From an uncultured delta proteobacterium (GTDB lineage: Bacteria > Desulfobacterota > WTBG01), in assembly GCA_963793865.1 (NCBI GenBank), contig CAWCBP010000008.1, forward strand, positions 384,001 to 448,000: DNA of 64,000 nt, given 5' to 3'. The notes under the pieces were generated by a model, which was given only the letters and a program-made list of their open reading frames with translations, was not told where the DNA came from and did no database searches. Positions 31,901-41,701 of the stretch are shown here, one piece after another (positions within the stretch are counted from its first letter, which is position 1; every line of letters starts with the position of its first letter). A program made the translations under genes and the position numbers.

Positions 31901-32510
31901 CTTTGAATTCAGCGAGCTGGGATCGAGCCTGCGGCTGGCGACCCGCGATCTCGAAATACGTGGTGCCGGTAACATGCTGGGCGCGTCGCAGTCGGGCCAC
32001 ATTGCCGCCGTGGGCCTTGATTTGTACACCCAGCTCATGGAGGAAGCCATCAAGGAGCTGAAGGGGGAGCAGATTATTCCTGATATCGATCCGGAGATAG
32101 CCCTGTCCATTCCGGCCTTCATTCCCGAAGACTACCTGGGTGACATCAATCAGCGCCTGCTCTTTTACAAAAAGCTGGCCTCCTGCCCGGATGACGCAAG
32201 CATCGATGCGGTCGGCGAAGAGCTGATTGACCGGTTCGGGAAGCTTCCGCCGCCGGTCTCCAATCTCCTGCGCGTCATGCACCTGAAAACCATCCTTCGG
32301 CGGTACCTGGTTACCCGCATTGCCTGCCGGGGAAAGGAGATTCTCCTGAGCTTTCATCCCCAGGCGGAACATTCGCTGGATAAAATTTTAGCCCTCATTG
32401 CCGGCAACCCCAGGCGATACCGACTTTCTCCCCAGCTCCAGTTCAGCATAGCCCACGATACCTGCGACTGGAAGGAAGTGGCGGATGAGGTAACCCGGCT
32501 GCTGGGGTAG
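28982..32510 (+). CDS. mfd: Transcription-repair coupling factor; apparent +1 insertion in CCCC at 31850-31853
   Basis: UvrB-like RGGIIDVF, RID VVHVDHGVG, GDVGYGKT, IDEEQRFG and QLRGRVGR. Deleting one C gives LLTPGEEALSRDARERL...DLEIRGAGNMLGASQSG, joining ORF 31974-32510. Confidence 0.95.
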
Positions 32511-32523
32511 GCCGCATTCGTGG

Positions 32524-32553
32524 TTGACATTTCAGGATGAGGTTGTTTAGAAT
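32524..32553 (+). promoter_or_regulatory. Sigma70-type promoter upstream of the surA-like gene
   Basis: TTGACA-N18-TAGAAT. Confidence 0.55.
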
Positions 32554-32559
32554 GGTCGC

Positions 32560-32594
32560 GATACAGGATGCATGATGCAGGATACATGATGCAT
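32560..32594. repeat. Five tandem GATRCAK heptamers
   Basis: GATACAG GATGCAT GATGCAG GATACAT GATGCAT. Confidence 0.8.
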
Positions 32595-32652
32595 GTTAGA
32601 AAGAAGTTGCTGTCATGAGCCCTTCGTTGCTTCATTCCGAGTCCTTCATCGT

Positions 32653-32725
32653 GTCATCCTGCGACTTGATCGCAGGATCCAATAAGAAATAGCAACTGGA
32701 TTCTGCGGTCGAGCCGCAGAATGAC
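32653..32725. repeat. GTCA-family REP doublet (best-conserved copy)
   Basis: gtcatcctgcgacttgatcgcaggatcc...ggattctgcggtcgagccgcagaatgac. Confidence 0.85.
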
Positions 32726-32823
32726 GCGTCTATGGTATTATCGTTTAATCCTTCGTTGTGTCTCCCAAGGGGGAGATGGGGAGTTGTTTGATAATCTGTC
32801 GTGTTCACTCAGGAGAAACAGGT

Positions 32824-33837
32824 ATGTGTTCCACAGAATCACGGTTTTCATATATGCGAAGTTATCGTAATCTTTTGCGTACGACAGTCCTGCTAACGAT
32901 GTTTATGGCGCTGTCGCCGGGGGTGACGGCCGCCGCAGAAACAGTGGACCGGATCGTGGCTGTGGTCAACGGGGATATTATTGTTCTTTCAGAACTGAGA
33001 CAAGTATCCCGGAACTACATTGATCGGATGAGTGAGCAATTTAAAGTCGCCGGCGGGGATGAGCAGCTGCGGGAGGCGGAAAGGCGCATACTGGATCAGC
33101 TCATTGAAGAGAAACTGGTTAACCAGGAGGCGGACCGGCTGGCCATTACCTTTAGCGAACGGGAAGTGGACCTGGCGGTCAAGGAGATGCAGAACCGCAA
33201 CAGGATGAACGATGCCCAGTTTGCGGCAGTCCTGGCAGAAGAAGGACTGACGATGCCGAAATACAGAGAGCAGCTTACATCGCAGATGAAAAAGGCGCGG
33301 GTGATCGACCAGGAGATAAAGTCCAGGATACAGGTGTCCAAGGAGGAAGTGGACGCATACTACGAAAAGCACGCGGATGATTTCAATGCCGAGCCCGAGG
33401 TGAGGATTCAGCAGATCCGCCTGCTCATTCCTCCCGGGTCAAGCGCAGGGGAGGTCAGCCGGATTCAGGCGCAGGCGGAATCCATCCTGGCAAAAATCAA
33501 GGCGGGCGAGGACTTCACCGCGCTGGTCGGCCTCTATTCCCAGGATCCCACCGCCGCGGCGGGGGGAGACATGGGTATATTCAAGCGGGGCGAGCTGCTG
33601 CCCGCCATTGATGAGTTCGCCTTCAGCATGAAGCCGGGTGAGGTGAGCCCGGTCATCAGGACGGAGGGCGGTTTTCACATTGTGAAAGTTCTGGGAAAGC
33701 GGGAGCCGTCTGCCCTGTCCGAGGAAGAACGCAGGGCCGAAGTAAAAGATGTGCTTTTTAGCCAGAAGGCTGAGGAAGATTTCAAGGTGTGGATTGCCAA
33801 GCTGCGCAAGAAGGCCTACATTGAGGTAAATCTGTGA
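32824..33837 (+). CDS. surA: SurA-like periplasmic chaperone/parvulin PPIase
   Basis: VDRIVAVVNGDII, YSQDP.A..GGDMG and GEVSPVIRT..GFHIVKV; start uncertain (32824 or 32853). Confidence 0.85.
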   Translation: MCSTESRFSYMRSYRNLLRTTVLLTMFMALSPGVTAAAETVDRIVAVVNGDIIVLSELRQVSRNYIDRMSEQFKVAGGDEQLREAERRILDQLIEEKLVNQEADRLAITFSEREVDLAVKEMQNRNRMNDAQFAAVLAEEGLTMPKYREQLTSQMKKARVIDQEIKSRIQVSKEEVDAYYEKHADDFNAEPEVRIQQIRLLIPPGSSAGEVSRIQAQAESILAKIKAGEDFTALVGLYSQDPTAAAGGDMGIFKRGELLPAIDEFAFSMKPGEVSPVIRTEGGFHIVKVLGKREPSALSEEERRAEVKDVLFSQKAEEDFKVWIAKLRKKAYIEVNL

Positions 33838-33929
33838 GAACCCGTGTTTTCCTAAATGTGGCTTGTATAATTAAATAGAGCTAAAAATGGGTTATCAATT
33901 TTTTTATATGATGAATATGCATAGGGCCG

Positions 33930-33979
33930 GTAGGAGCGGCTTTAAGCCGCGAATGCATCGCGCCTGAAGGCGCTCCTAC
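33930..33979. repeat. GTAGGAGCG REPIN-like doublet
   Basis: gtaggagcggctttaagccgcgaatgcatcgcgcctgaaggcgctcctac. Confidence 0.85.
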
Positions 33980-34080
33980 CGAACATTAAACTTCTTCTCT
34001 GTAACGAAACTTCTTCCCCTTGCGTTGTCTGCCAACAGTTTCCAGATATGCCTGTATAAGCATCCCTAATGATTTTTCCT

Positions 34081-34509
34081 CTATTTCTTCACTATTAATT
34101 TTACGCTTATTCCGAAATGCCTGGCTGCTGCCGCAAGTCGCACGTCTGCAGTCACCAGGGTCAGATTATGAGAGGAAGTGACCGCAAGGTGCAGGGCATC
34201 AAGCGTTCTCAGGGAAGTGCTAAATTGAGCAATCCACCCTTTTGCCGTCCGATAGTTTTGGGATTCGATGGCAACCCACCGGAAGAGGTGCCGTTCAATA
34301 TGGGCCTGAAATTGAGTTATTATTTTGTTGCCGTCTGCGGATGATAATTCTTTGTCACGAATTTTTCTTGATAGCGCAGAAACCAATTCAAGAGCTGTAA
34401 GGTAACTGATTGCCGGCTGTTGCGAACGAATAATGATCTTTTCAACTGTTGCGCTGATTGGCTCCGGACAATAATAAGCGGTTAGAACACTGGTATCCAG
34501 ATAAAGCAT
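34081..34509 (-). CDS. vapC: VapC-family PIN-domain toxin
   Basis: YLDTS, E..SAL, LRTLDALHLA and LVTAD. Confidence 0.9.
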   Translation of the reverse strand: MLYLDTSVLTAYYCPEPISATVEKIIIRSQQPAISYLTALELVSALSRKIRDKELSSADGNKIITQFQAHIERHLFRWVAIESQNYRTAKGWIAQFSTSLRTLDALHLAVTSSHNLTLVTADVRLAAAARHFGISVKLIVKK

Positions 34510-34745
34510 CAGTACCGCTCCCTGTTTCTTGAGTCGATCACCGTTCGGCTCAGTGGCTTCCCTTTTGCCTTAATGCCGGAACGAAAATCAGCCAGGCTTG
34601 GCAAAGAAGCCCTTGTTGTATCCGCTGAGATTAAACGGGCAATCTTCCTGCCGTGTTTCGTGATCACGATTTCTTCACCCCGCTCCACACGTGCCAGAAG
34701 GACGCTTAAGTTTCTTCGCATTTCTTTGACATTAATTTCCAGCAT
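34509..34745 (-). CDS. Phd/YefM-family antitoxin
   Basis: INVKEMRRNLS.LL.RVERGEEIVITKHGR.IARL; stop overlaps the toxin start. Confidence 0.9.
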   Translation of the reverse strand: MLEINVKEMRRNLSVLLARVERGEEIVITKHGRKIARLISADTTRASLPSLADFRSGIKAKGKPLSRTVIDSRNRERY

Positions 34746-34760
34746 AAAAGCTCCTACGAT

Positions 34761-34803
34761 AGGTGTACATTAATTATGTACACCTTTTTATCAGACAAGT
34801 CAA
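34761..34803 (-). promoter_or_regulatory. TA promoter with palindromic operator
   Basis: Palindrome aggtgtacat-taatt-atgtacacct (34761-34785) overlaps the -10 of minus-strand TTGACT-N17-TACATA. Confidence 0.75.
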
Positions 34804-34832
34804 CATAATCTAGCCAAACATATTTGAAAGTT

Positions 34833-34868
34833 CCCCTCACCCCATCCATCTCCCCGGCGGGGAGAGGG
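34833..34868. repeat. CCCCTCACC-family REP
   Basis: cccctcaccccatccatctccccggcggggagaggg; opposite-orientation copy at 40633-40669. Confidence 0.75.
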
Positions 34869-34932
34869 TGTGAAGTAAAGATTGAGTGAATATATTTCCG
34901 TAATTATACATACGTGTCTTAATCTGGAATCG

Positions 34933-35123
34933 GGGGACGTTCGTGCGGAAATTGCCTCAATGATGGACGCATTCCTTTTTTCTGTAACAGATGAAGATGA
35001 TCGGAAAGAAAAGGTAACAAAGTGATGCGAGTAAACAAAACTATTTTCCCGTGCGGATTGAATAATAGCTATCCCTCAGAGGTCTTCTCTTCAATGCAAA
35101 GCAATTTCTGCACGAACGTCCCC
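34933..35123. mobile_element. GGGGAC-ended MITE-like element (191 bp)
   Basis: 23-bp inverted ends with one mismatch: ggggacgttcgtgcggaaattgc / gcaatttctgcacgaacgtcccc. Confidence 0.7.
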
Positions 35124-35197
35124 TTTGTTTACCGTAACCTTTCTTGACATCCCCTTCCGTACGTGATAAAAATCATGCCCACAATATTGGCATTTCG

Positions 35198-35344
35198 GTA
35201 GGAGCGCCTTGAGGTGCGATATATTCGCGGCGTAAAGCCGCTCCTGCCGGCGCAAGAAGTTACATATGCATTCATTCATTCCCGTGAAAACGGGAATCCA
35301 GATAAACCGGTCATAAGGATTCCCCGATCAAGTCGGGGAATGGC
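35198..35344. repeat. GTAGGAGCG doublet (35198-35247) plus TCATTCCC-type doublet (35276-35344) upstream of valS
   Basis: The first is the near reverse complement of 33930-33979. The second is tcattcccgtgaaaacgggaatcc...ggattccccgatcaagtcggggaatg. Confidence 0.8.
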
Positions 35345-35387
35345 TATTAAGGGGATAGTGGGAAGTTCCCGCAAGGATAAAGAAAGC

Positions 35388-38063
35388 ATGTCGACTGCTG
35401 AAGTTTTAGAAAAGGTGTATGAGCCGCACCAGGTTGAAAAACACTGGTATCAATACTGGCTGGACAAGGGTTATTTCCGCGCGGATGCGAACGGCTCCTC
35501 CCGGACCTTCTGCATTGTCATTCCTCCCCCCAACGTAACCGGCTCCCTGCACATGGGCCATGCCCTGAACAACACCCTGCAGGACATCATGGTCAGGTAC
35601 AAGCGCATGTGCGGGTGCAACACCCTCTGGATGCCGGGCACGGACCATGCCGGCATTGCCACCCAGAACGTGGTGGAAAAGCAGCTCTCCGGCCAGGGCA
35701 TGAGCAGAAAGGACCTGGGGCGGGAAAAGTTCATCGAGCAGGTATGGCAGTGGAAGGCGAAATACGGCGGGATCATCATTGAGCAGCTCAAGCGGCTCGG
35801 CGCTTCCTGCGACTGGGAGCGGGAGCGCTTTACCATGGACGAGGGACTCTCGCGGGCGGTCCGCGAGGTGTTTGTCAGGCTCTACGAAGAAGGCCTGATT
35901 TATAAGGGCGACTATATCATCAACTGGTGCCCGCGCTGCCATACGGCGCTGTCAGACCTGGAAGTGGAACACGAAGAAACCCCGGGTCATCTCTACTCCA
36001 TCAAATATCCTGTCCCTAACAGCAAGAAATCACTGGTGGTTGCCACCACCCGCCCGGAAACCATGCTGGGGGACACGGCCCTGGCGGTGAATCCCAATGA
36101 CAAGCGGTATAAGGCCGTGGTGGGCAAGACGGTGGCGCTTCCCCTGACCGACCGCATGATACCGGTGATCGCTGACGAGTACGTGGACATGGAGTTCGGC
36201 ACCGGGGTTCTGAAGATTACCCCCGCCCATGATCCCAATGACTTTGAGATCGGCAATGCCCATGGTCTGGAGCTGATCCGGGTAATCGATGAGGCGGGCG
36301 TCATGAATGAGCGCGCGGGATCCTACCAGGGTCTGGACCGTTTTAACTGCCGCGATAAAATTTTAAAGGATCTTAAAAAGCTCGGGCTGCTCAAGAAGGT
36401 CGAGGACTATACTCACCATATCGGCCACTGCTACCGCTGCAAAACGGTGGTTGAGCCGATGGTGTCCAAGCAGTGGTTCGTGAAGGTAAAGCCGCTGGCA
36501 GAAAAGGCCATGGAAGCGGTGGAGCGGGGAGAGACGGCCATTATTCCCAAAAACTGGGAAAAGACCTTTTTTGAGTGGATGCGCACCATACGCGACTGGT
36601 GCATTTCCCGCCAGATCTGGTGGGGCCACCAGATACCCGCCTGGACCTGCGCGGACTGCGGCGCCATTACCGTGGCCCGGGAGACCCCGGCTCAGTGCAG
36701 TTCCTGCCGGAGTGCCCGCATACAGCAGGAAGAGGATGTCCTGGATACCTGGTTCAGCTCCGCGCTCTGGCCGTTTTCCACGCTGGGATGGCCCGATGCC
36801 ACCAAAGAACTTGCCCTCTTTTATCCCACCTCGGTACTGATTACCGCCTTTGACATCCTCTTTTTCTGGGTGGCCCGGATGATGATGATGGGGATCAAGT
36901 TCATGGGCAAGCCCCCCTTCAGTGAAGTTTACATCCATGCCCTGGTGCGCGACCTGGAAGGCAAAAAGATGAGCAAGTCGAAGGGGAATGTCATTGATCC
37001 CCTCACGGTCATGGACCAGTACGGGACCGATGCCTTCCGCTTCACCCTGGCGGCGCTGTGCGTTCAGGGCAGGGACATCCGCCTGGCGGAGGAGCGGATC
37101 AAAGGCTACCGGAATTTTGCCAACAAGATCTGGAACGCGTCGCGCTTTGTGCTGATGCACGCGGGTGACTGCGATCCCGGTCGGGCGACCGTTGAGCCCG
37201 GTTCACTGTCGCTCGCCGACCGCTGGATTCAAAGCCGCCTGAACCGGCTGATGGGGACGGTGGAAGAGGCGTTTCGGGGGTATCAGTTCAACGAGGTGGC
37301 GCACGCACTGTACCAGTTTATCTGGCATGAGCTGTGCGACTGGTATCTTGAGATGGTGAAGCCGGTCCTGAACCAGCAGGGTGACACGGCGGATAAGCGG
37401 GCGGCACAGCACACCATGATCGAGGTGCTGGGCAAATCCCTGCAGATGCTTCATCCCCTCATGCCCTTTATTACCGAAGAGATCTGGCAGAAGCTGCCCG
37501 TGGCCAAAGACAGCATCATGATTTCTTCGTACCCTGTTGCTGACCCGCGGAAGATTGATGCGGGTGCGGAAGAGACCATGAATCTTATCATCGATGTGGT
37601 CAACAGCATCCGCGCGCTCCGCTGGGAAATGAACATCGCGCCCGCTCAGCAGGTGGAGGTGGTCCTGCGCTCAACCGGCAGCAACAGCCTTGATATTCTT
37701 AACCGCCACCGTGGGTACATTGAGAACCTTGCCAGGGCAGGCAACGTTACCGCGGCCGCCGGGGTGAACAAGCCCGAATCTGCGGTGACTGCCGTGGTGC
37801 GGGACGTTGAAATCTTCATGCCCCTGAAGGGGATTATTGATTTTGCCGATGAGCAGCGGAGGCTTCAGAAGGAGCTTGCCAAGATTCAGAAGGATCTTGG
37901 TGATATCACCCGCAAACTTTCCAACCGGGATTTTCTGGCCAAGGCGCCCGAGGCGGTTATTGAAAAAGAAAAAGCGCGGTCCCAGGAACTCATCGAGACG
38001 AGGGATAAGCTTCAAACCAACCTTGAGCGCATAGAGGCATTCATTCAGGAGGGTAAGCCATGA
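35388..38063 (+). CDS. valS: Valine-tRNA ligase
   Basis: PPPNVTGSLHMGH, DWCISRQIWWGH, KMSKS and C-terminal coiled coil; RBS AAGGA. Confidence 0.98.
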   Translation: MSTAEVLEKVYEPHQVEKHWYQYWLDKGYFRADANGSSRTFCIVIPPPNVTGSLHMGHALNNTLQDIMVRYKRMCGCNTLWMPGTDHAGIATQNVVEKQLSGQGMSRKDLGREKFIEQVWQWKAKYGGIIIEQLKRLGASCDWERERFTMDEGLSRAVREVFVRLYEEGLIYKGDYIINWCPRCHTALSDLEVEHEETPGHLYSIKYPVPNSKKSLVVATTRPETMLGDTALAVNPNDKRYKAVVGKTVALPLTDRMIPVIADEYVDMEFGTGVLKITPAHDPNDFEIGNAHGLELIRVIDEAGVMNERAGSYQGLDRFNCRDKILKDLKKLGLLKKVEDYTHHIGHCYRCKTVVEPMVSKQWFVKVKPLAEKAMEAVERGETAIIPKNWEKTFFEWMRTIRDWCISRQIWWGHQIPAWTCADCGAITVARETPAQCSSCRSARIQQEEDVLDTWFSSALWPFSTLGWPDATKELALFYPTSVLITAFDILFFWVARMMMMGIKFMGKPPFSEVYIHALVRDLEGKKMSKSKGNVIDPLTVMDQYGTDAFRFTLAALCVQGRDIRLAEERIKGYRNFANKIWNASRFVLMHAGDCDPGRATVEPGSLSLADRWIQSRLNRLMGTVEEAFRGYQFNEVAHALYQFIWHELCDWYLEMVKPVLNQQGDTADKRAAQHTMIEVLGKSLQMLHPLMPFITEEIWQKLPVAKDSIMISSYPVADPRKIDAGAEETMNLIIDVVNSIRALRWEMNIAPAQQVEVVLRSTGSNSLDILNRHRGYIENLARAGNVTAAAGVNKPESAVTAVVRDVEIFMPLKGIIDFADEQRRLQKELAKIQKDLGDITRKLSNRDFLAKAPEAVIEKEKARSQELIETRDKLQTNLERIEAFIQEGKP

Positions 38064-38893
38064 TCCCGCTGCTGGAAGCGGACGCGCTTATCGGCCTGGC
38101 GCTGAGAGAGGACATCGGTGACGGTGATATCACCACCACTTCCATCATCCGGAGCCCGGTCAGGGCCGCGGCTCGTCTCATCGCGCAGCAACGGCTGGTT
38201 GTAGCGGGCCTGGATATTGTGCAGCGGGTGTTCGAGAAGCTGGATCCCGAGGTGAGGGTGCGCAAGAACCACGATGACGGCGAAGCGGTCGGCACGGGTG
38301 AGGTAATTTTGGAAATTGAGGGCAGCGCGGCCGCCCTTCTTGCCGGGGAACGCATCGCTTTGAATTTCATCCAGCGCTTAAGCGGTATCGCCACCCTGAC
38401 CGAAAGCTTTGTGGCCCGGGTCAGATCCTACCCGGTCAAGATTTGCGATACCCGCAAGACAACCCCCGGGTGGAGGGCGCTTGAGAAGTATGCGGTCAAA
38501 ATGGGCGGCGGCATCAATCACCGCATCGGGTTATTTGACGCGGTATTGATTAAGGATAACCACATCAAGGCGGCCGGCAGCATCGCAGAGGCGGTCCGCC
38601 GGGTGAAGGGCAAACTCCCCGCGGGCTTTCCCCTTGAGGTTGAGACAAGAACCATCGAGGAAGTCCGGGAGGCACTGTCAAGCGGCGTAAACACCATCAT
38701 GCTTGACAACATGAGCACTGACATGATGCGGGAAGCGGTGGCGCTCATCAACAAACGTGCGCTCATCGAGGCCTCGGGGAATGCTCGCCTGGAAACGGTT
38801 GAAGGGATAGCGGCCACGGGGGTTGACTTTATTTCTGTCGGCGCTCTTACCCACTCGGCACCGGCGGCTGATATAAGCATGAAGTTGAGCTAG
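38060..38893 (+). CDS. nadC: Nicotinate-nucleotide diphosphorylase (quinolinate PRTase)
   Basis: EDIGDGDITT, DTRKTTPG, HR.GL.D..LIKDNH, MLDNM and SVGALTHSA. Confidence 0.97.
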   Translation: MIPLLEADALIGLALREDIGDGDITTTSIIRSPVRAAARLIAQQRLVVAGLDIVQRVFEKLDPEVRVRKNHDDGEAVGTGEVILEIEGSAAALLAGERIALNFIQRLSGIATLTESFVARVRSYPVKICDTRKTTPGWRALEKYAVKMGGGINHRIGLFDAVLIKDNHIKAAGSIAEAVRRVKGKLPAGFPLEVETRTIEEVREALSSGVNTIMLDNMSTDMMREAVALINKRALIEASGNARLETVEGIAATGVDFISVGALTHSAPAADISMKLS

Positions 38894-38939
38894 AGACCGG
38901 AATGACAGTGCCTCATCGTATCTGCAACAGGTAATAGTC

Positions 38940-39704
38940 ATGCTGCTGGCAATTGACGCGGGGAATTCAAACATTCTGGCCGGTGTTTTCAAGGATGACC
39001 GGCTGGTTTATGACTGGCGCCTCCTGACGGATGCACGGAAGACGGCTGATGAATACGGAATTATATTGCAGAATTTGTACAGCTCGGCAAACCTTAAGCT
39101 TGAAGAAACGAAGGCGGTCATCATTGCCTGTGTCATTCCTCCGCTGCTGGGCACCCTGGAGGAGATCTCCAGGAAATATTTTCATCTCGATCCCTTCATT
39201 ATAGATGCCGGGGTGAAGACGGGGATCACCATTCTCTATGAGAATCCCGGTGAGGTGGGCGCTGACCGGATCGTCAATGCCGCAGCCGGCTACGAAAAGT
39301 ACCGAAAGAGCCTTATCATTATTGATCTGGGAACGGCAACCACCTTTGACTGCATATCCGAGCGGGGTGAGTACCTGGGAGGCGCCATTGCGCCCGGCAT
39401 CATGATTTCCTCGGAAGCGCTGTTCAGCAAGACATCAAAGCTGCCCCGGGTGGAGCTGGTAAAACCGGAAACGGCCATCGGCAAAAACACCGTTTCCAGC
39501 ATGCGCTCGGGCATTATCTTCGGATACGTGGGGTTAATTGACGGCATGGTCAAACGCATCAGGAAAGAGATGGGGGGAGATCCGATGGTTATTGCCACCG
39601 GCGGACTTGCCCCGGTGATTGCCAGTGAATCGGAGACCATTGACGCGGTAGACACCTATCTGACCCTGGAAGGCCTCAGGATCATTTACCGGAAAAACAG
39701 GTAA
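38940..39704 (+). CDS. coaX: Type III pantothenate kinase
   Basis: IDAGNS, GADR, DLGTATT, GGAIAPG and ATGG. Confidence 0.95.
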   Translation: MLLAIDAGNSNILAGVFKDDRLVYDWRLLTDARKTADEYGIILQNLYSSANLKLEETKAVIIACVIPPLLGTLEEISRKYFHLDPFIIDAGVKTGITILYENPGEVGADRIVNAAAGYEKYRKSLIIIDLGTATTFDCISERGEYLGGAIAPGIMISSEALFSKTSKLPRVELVKPETAIGKNTVSSMRSGIIFGYVGLIDGMVKRIRKEMGGDPMVIATGGLAPVIASESETIDAVDTYLTLEGLRIIYRKNR

Positions 39705-39717
39705 CCGGAGAAGAGCA

Positions 39718-40017
39718 ATGTTTATCATCGTCAACCTGCTTGATGCCGTGGCCCTGGTCATCCACTACCTGCTTAACATATACATGTGGCTCATCATCAT
39801 CCGGGCCTTGCTTTCCTGGGTAAATCCCGATCCCTACAATCCCATTGTGAGCTTCCTCTACCAGGTCACCGAGCCGGTCCTCTACCGCATCAGGAGGTTC
39901 CTCCCGATCCGCGGGCTGGGCATTGACCTGTCTCCCATTCTTGTTTTTATCATCATTATCTTTCTCGATCGCTTTCTGGTAGGTACATTGCAGGATATAG
40001 TGGTGCGGCTCAGGTGA
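39718..40017 (+). CDS. yggT: YggT family membrane protein
   Basis: LLSWVNPDPYNPIV..L...TEP.L..IRR and IDLSP. Confidence 0.93.
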   Translation: MFIIVNLLDAVALVIHYLLNIYMWLIIIRALLSWVNPDPYNPIVSFLYQVTEPVLYRIRRFLPIRGLGIDLSPILVFIIIIFLDRFLVGTLQDIVVRLR

Positions 40018-40071
40018 TCTCGTCGGATGCGAAGTGCGTTGCCTTGAACAGCCCTCGATAAGGAGATGGAT

Positions 40072-40563
40072 ATGAAGCTGACGCCCCTGGACATTCTTCA
40101 GCAGCGGTTCAAGGTGACGTGGAGGGGCTTTGACCGGCAGGAGGTGGAAACCTTTCTGGAGCTGGTTTCCGAGGACGTGGGATCCCTGCTGCAGGAGTGC
40201 TCCAGCCTGAAGGCTGAGCTCGAAAAGTGCGAAGCGCTGCTGGTTGATTTCCGCCAGAACGAACGGGTGATCCAGCAGACCATCATGAGCACGCAAAAAG
40301 TGTCCGATGACCTGAAGCGAAACGCCCAGCGGGAGGCGGAGGTTATCATCAGTGAGGCAAAGGTGGCAGCGGGGCGGATCATGAACGATACCCGGGCCCA
40401 GGCGGAAAAGTTGATAAGTGAGAGCCGCAATGAGATAGCGCGGCTCACCAAGGAGATTAATGATCTTAAAAACAGAAAAGTGCAGTATGAGATGGCCTTC
40501 AGGTCTATCCTCGAATCGCAGCTTAAAGCCCTGCACCATGAACAGGAGGGAGGCAAGTCATAG
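40072..40563 (+). CDS. DivIVA-domain protein
   Basis: LTPLDI....F....RGF...EV..FL followed by coiled coil. Confidence 0.9.
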   Translation: MKLTPLDILQQRFKVTWRGFDRQEVETFLELVSEDVGSLLQECSSLKAELEKCEALLVDFRQNERVIQQTIMSTQKVSDDLKRNAQREAEVIISEAKVAAGRIMNDTRAQAEKLISESRNEIARLTKEINDLKNRKVQYEMAFRSILESQLKALHHEQEGGKS

Positions 40564-40632
40564 GAATTCTTTTCTGAGGCCGCTTCAGCCGGAGATTAAT
40601 GTATCTTACATTGCAAGTTCTCCCTTATCCTT

Positions 40633-40669
40633 CCCCTCTCCTCGCTGGGGAGAGGGATGGGGTGAGGGG
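40633..40669. repeat. CCCCTCACC-family REP (reverse orientation)
   Basis: cccctctcctcgctggggagagggatggggtgagggg. Confidence 0.75.
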
Positions 40670-40738
40670 CACATTAAATATTATTTCGCAGGGTGAAGCT
40701 GCCCTGCGCATTTATTTTGTGCGGGAGAAAGTTCATCC

Positions 40739-41029
40739 ATGTGTCTGAAGGAGCATGAAGGTGGAGTTGTGGTGGAGGTTGTGCTTCAACCGCGGGCTTC
40801 CCGGAATGAAGTGGCGGGGATGCAGGGGGATCGGGTGAAGATCAAGGTGACCTCACCTCCTGTTGAGGGCTTGGCCAACAAAAAGCTCTGCGAGTTTTTG
40901 GCCGACCTGATGGGGATAGGAAGACAACGGGTGCAGGTCATCGCGGGTCAGGCGGCACGAATAAAGCGGGTGAAGATATCGGATGTGTCGCTGGATGAGG
41001 TGAGAAGAAAGTTAATGCTGCGCCTGTAA
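40739..41029 (+). CDS. DUF167/YggU family protein
   Basis: QPRASR, PPVEG.AN..L and G...R.K. Confidence 0.9.
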   Translation: MCLKEHEGGVVVEVVLQPRASRNEVAGMQGDRVKIKVTSPPVEGLANKKLCEFLADLMGIGRQRVQVIAGQAARIKRVKISDVSLDEVRRKLMLRL

Positions 41030-41056
41030 CCCGGTTAATTGCATCAATGACTGAGA

Positions 41057-41554
41057 ATGATTATGTCAAAAGATAAGACACCCGTAACTCCTGTGGTAAG
41101 GGTGCTGCGAGCCGCAAAGGTTGAGTTTACCGACCACCTCTATGCCTATGAGGAAAAGGGTGGGACGGCCGTGTCGGCACGGGAGCTGGGAGTGGACGAA
41201 CATGCCGTGGTAAAGACACTGGTCATGGAGGATGAGAAGAAAAAGCCGCTTATCGTGCTCATGCACGGAGACCGGCAGGTGTCCGAGAAGCAGTTGGCGA
41301 GAATTATGGATGTAAAAACCGTGACCCCCTGTACACCTGATATAGCTCATAAGCACTCGGGCTATCTGGTGGGCGGAACCTCGCCCTTCGGTACCCGGAC
41401 AACAATGCCGGTGTACATGGAAGAAACAATTCTTGACCTCCCCCGCATTTATATCAATGGCGGCAAACGCGGCTATCTGGTGGGCATTGACCCTCAGGAA
41501 GTGGTGCGGCTCTTAAATCCGGTCCTGATTAGAGTGGGAATAGAAAAAGGCTAA
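41057..41554 (+). CDS. ybaK: Cys-tRNA(Pro) deacylase (YbaK/EbsC)
   Basis: VKTLV, GYLVGGTSPFG and INGGKRG. Confidence 0.9.
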   Translation: MIMSKDKTPVTPVVRVLRAAKVEFTDHLYAYEEKGGTAVSARELGVDEHAVVKTLVMEDEKKKPLIVLMHGDRQVSEKQLARIMDVKTVTPCTPDIAHKHSGYLVGGTSPFGTRTTMPVYMEETILDLPRIYINGGKRGYLVGIDPQEVVRLLNPVLIRVGIEKG

Positions 41555-41639
41555 ACGGAGAACGTCCGCAGATACATCACTATTAAACTTTATAATTCCC
41601 TGGAGTGCGCAACAGGTCAAAAAACAATCAATGCATATT

Positions 41640-41690
41640 TTGACAATTATGGGTGATTCTGATATGTTGGTCATAATTCTGGTCAACCAT
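41640..41690 (+). promoter_or_regulatory. TA promoter with repeated TGGTCA boxes
   Basis: TTGACA-N17-TATGTT followed by tggtcataattctggtcaacca. Confidence 0.6.
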
Positions 41691-41701
41691 AATGGAGGGC
41701 T

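Noticed and set aside
35144..35387. T-box riboswitch upstream of valS
   Set aside because: No T-box consensus was found; the hairpins belong to REP families seen elsewhere in the window.
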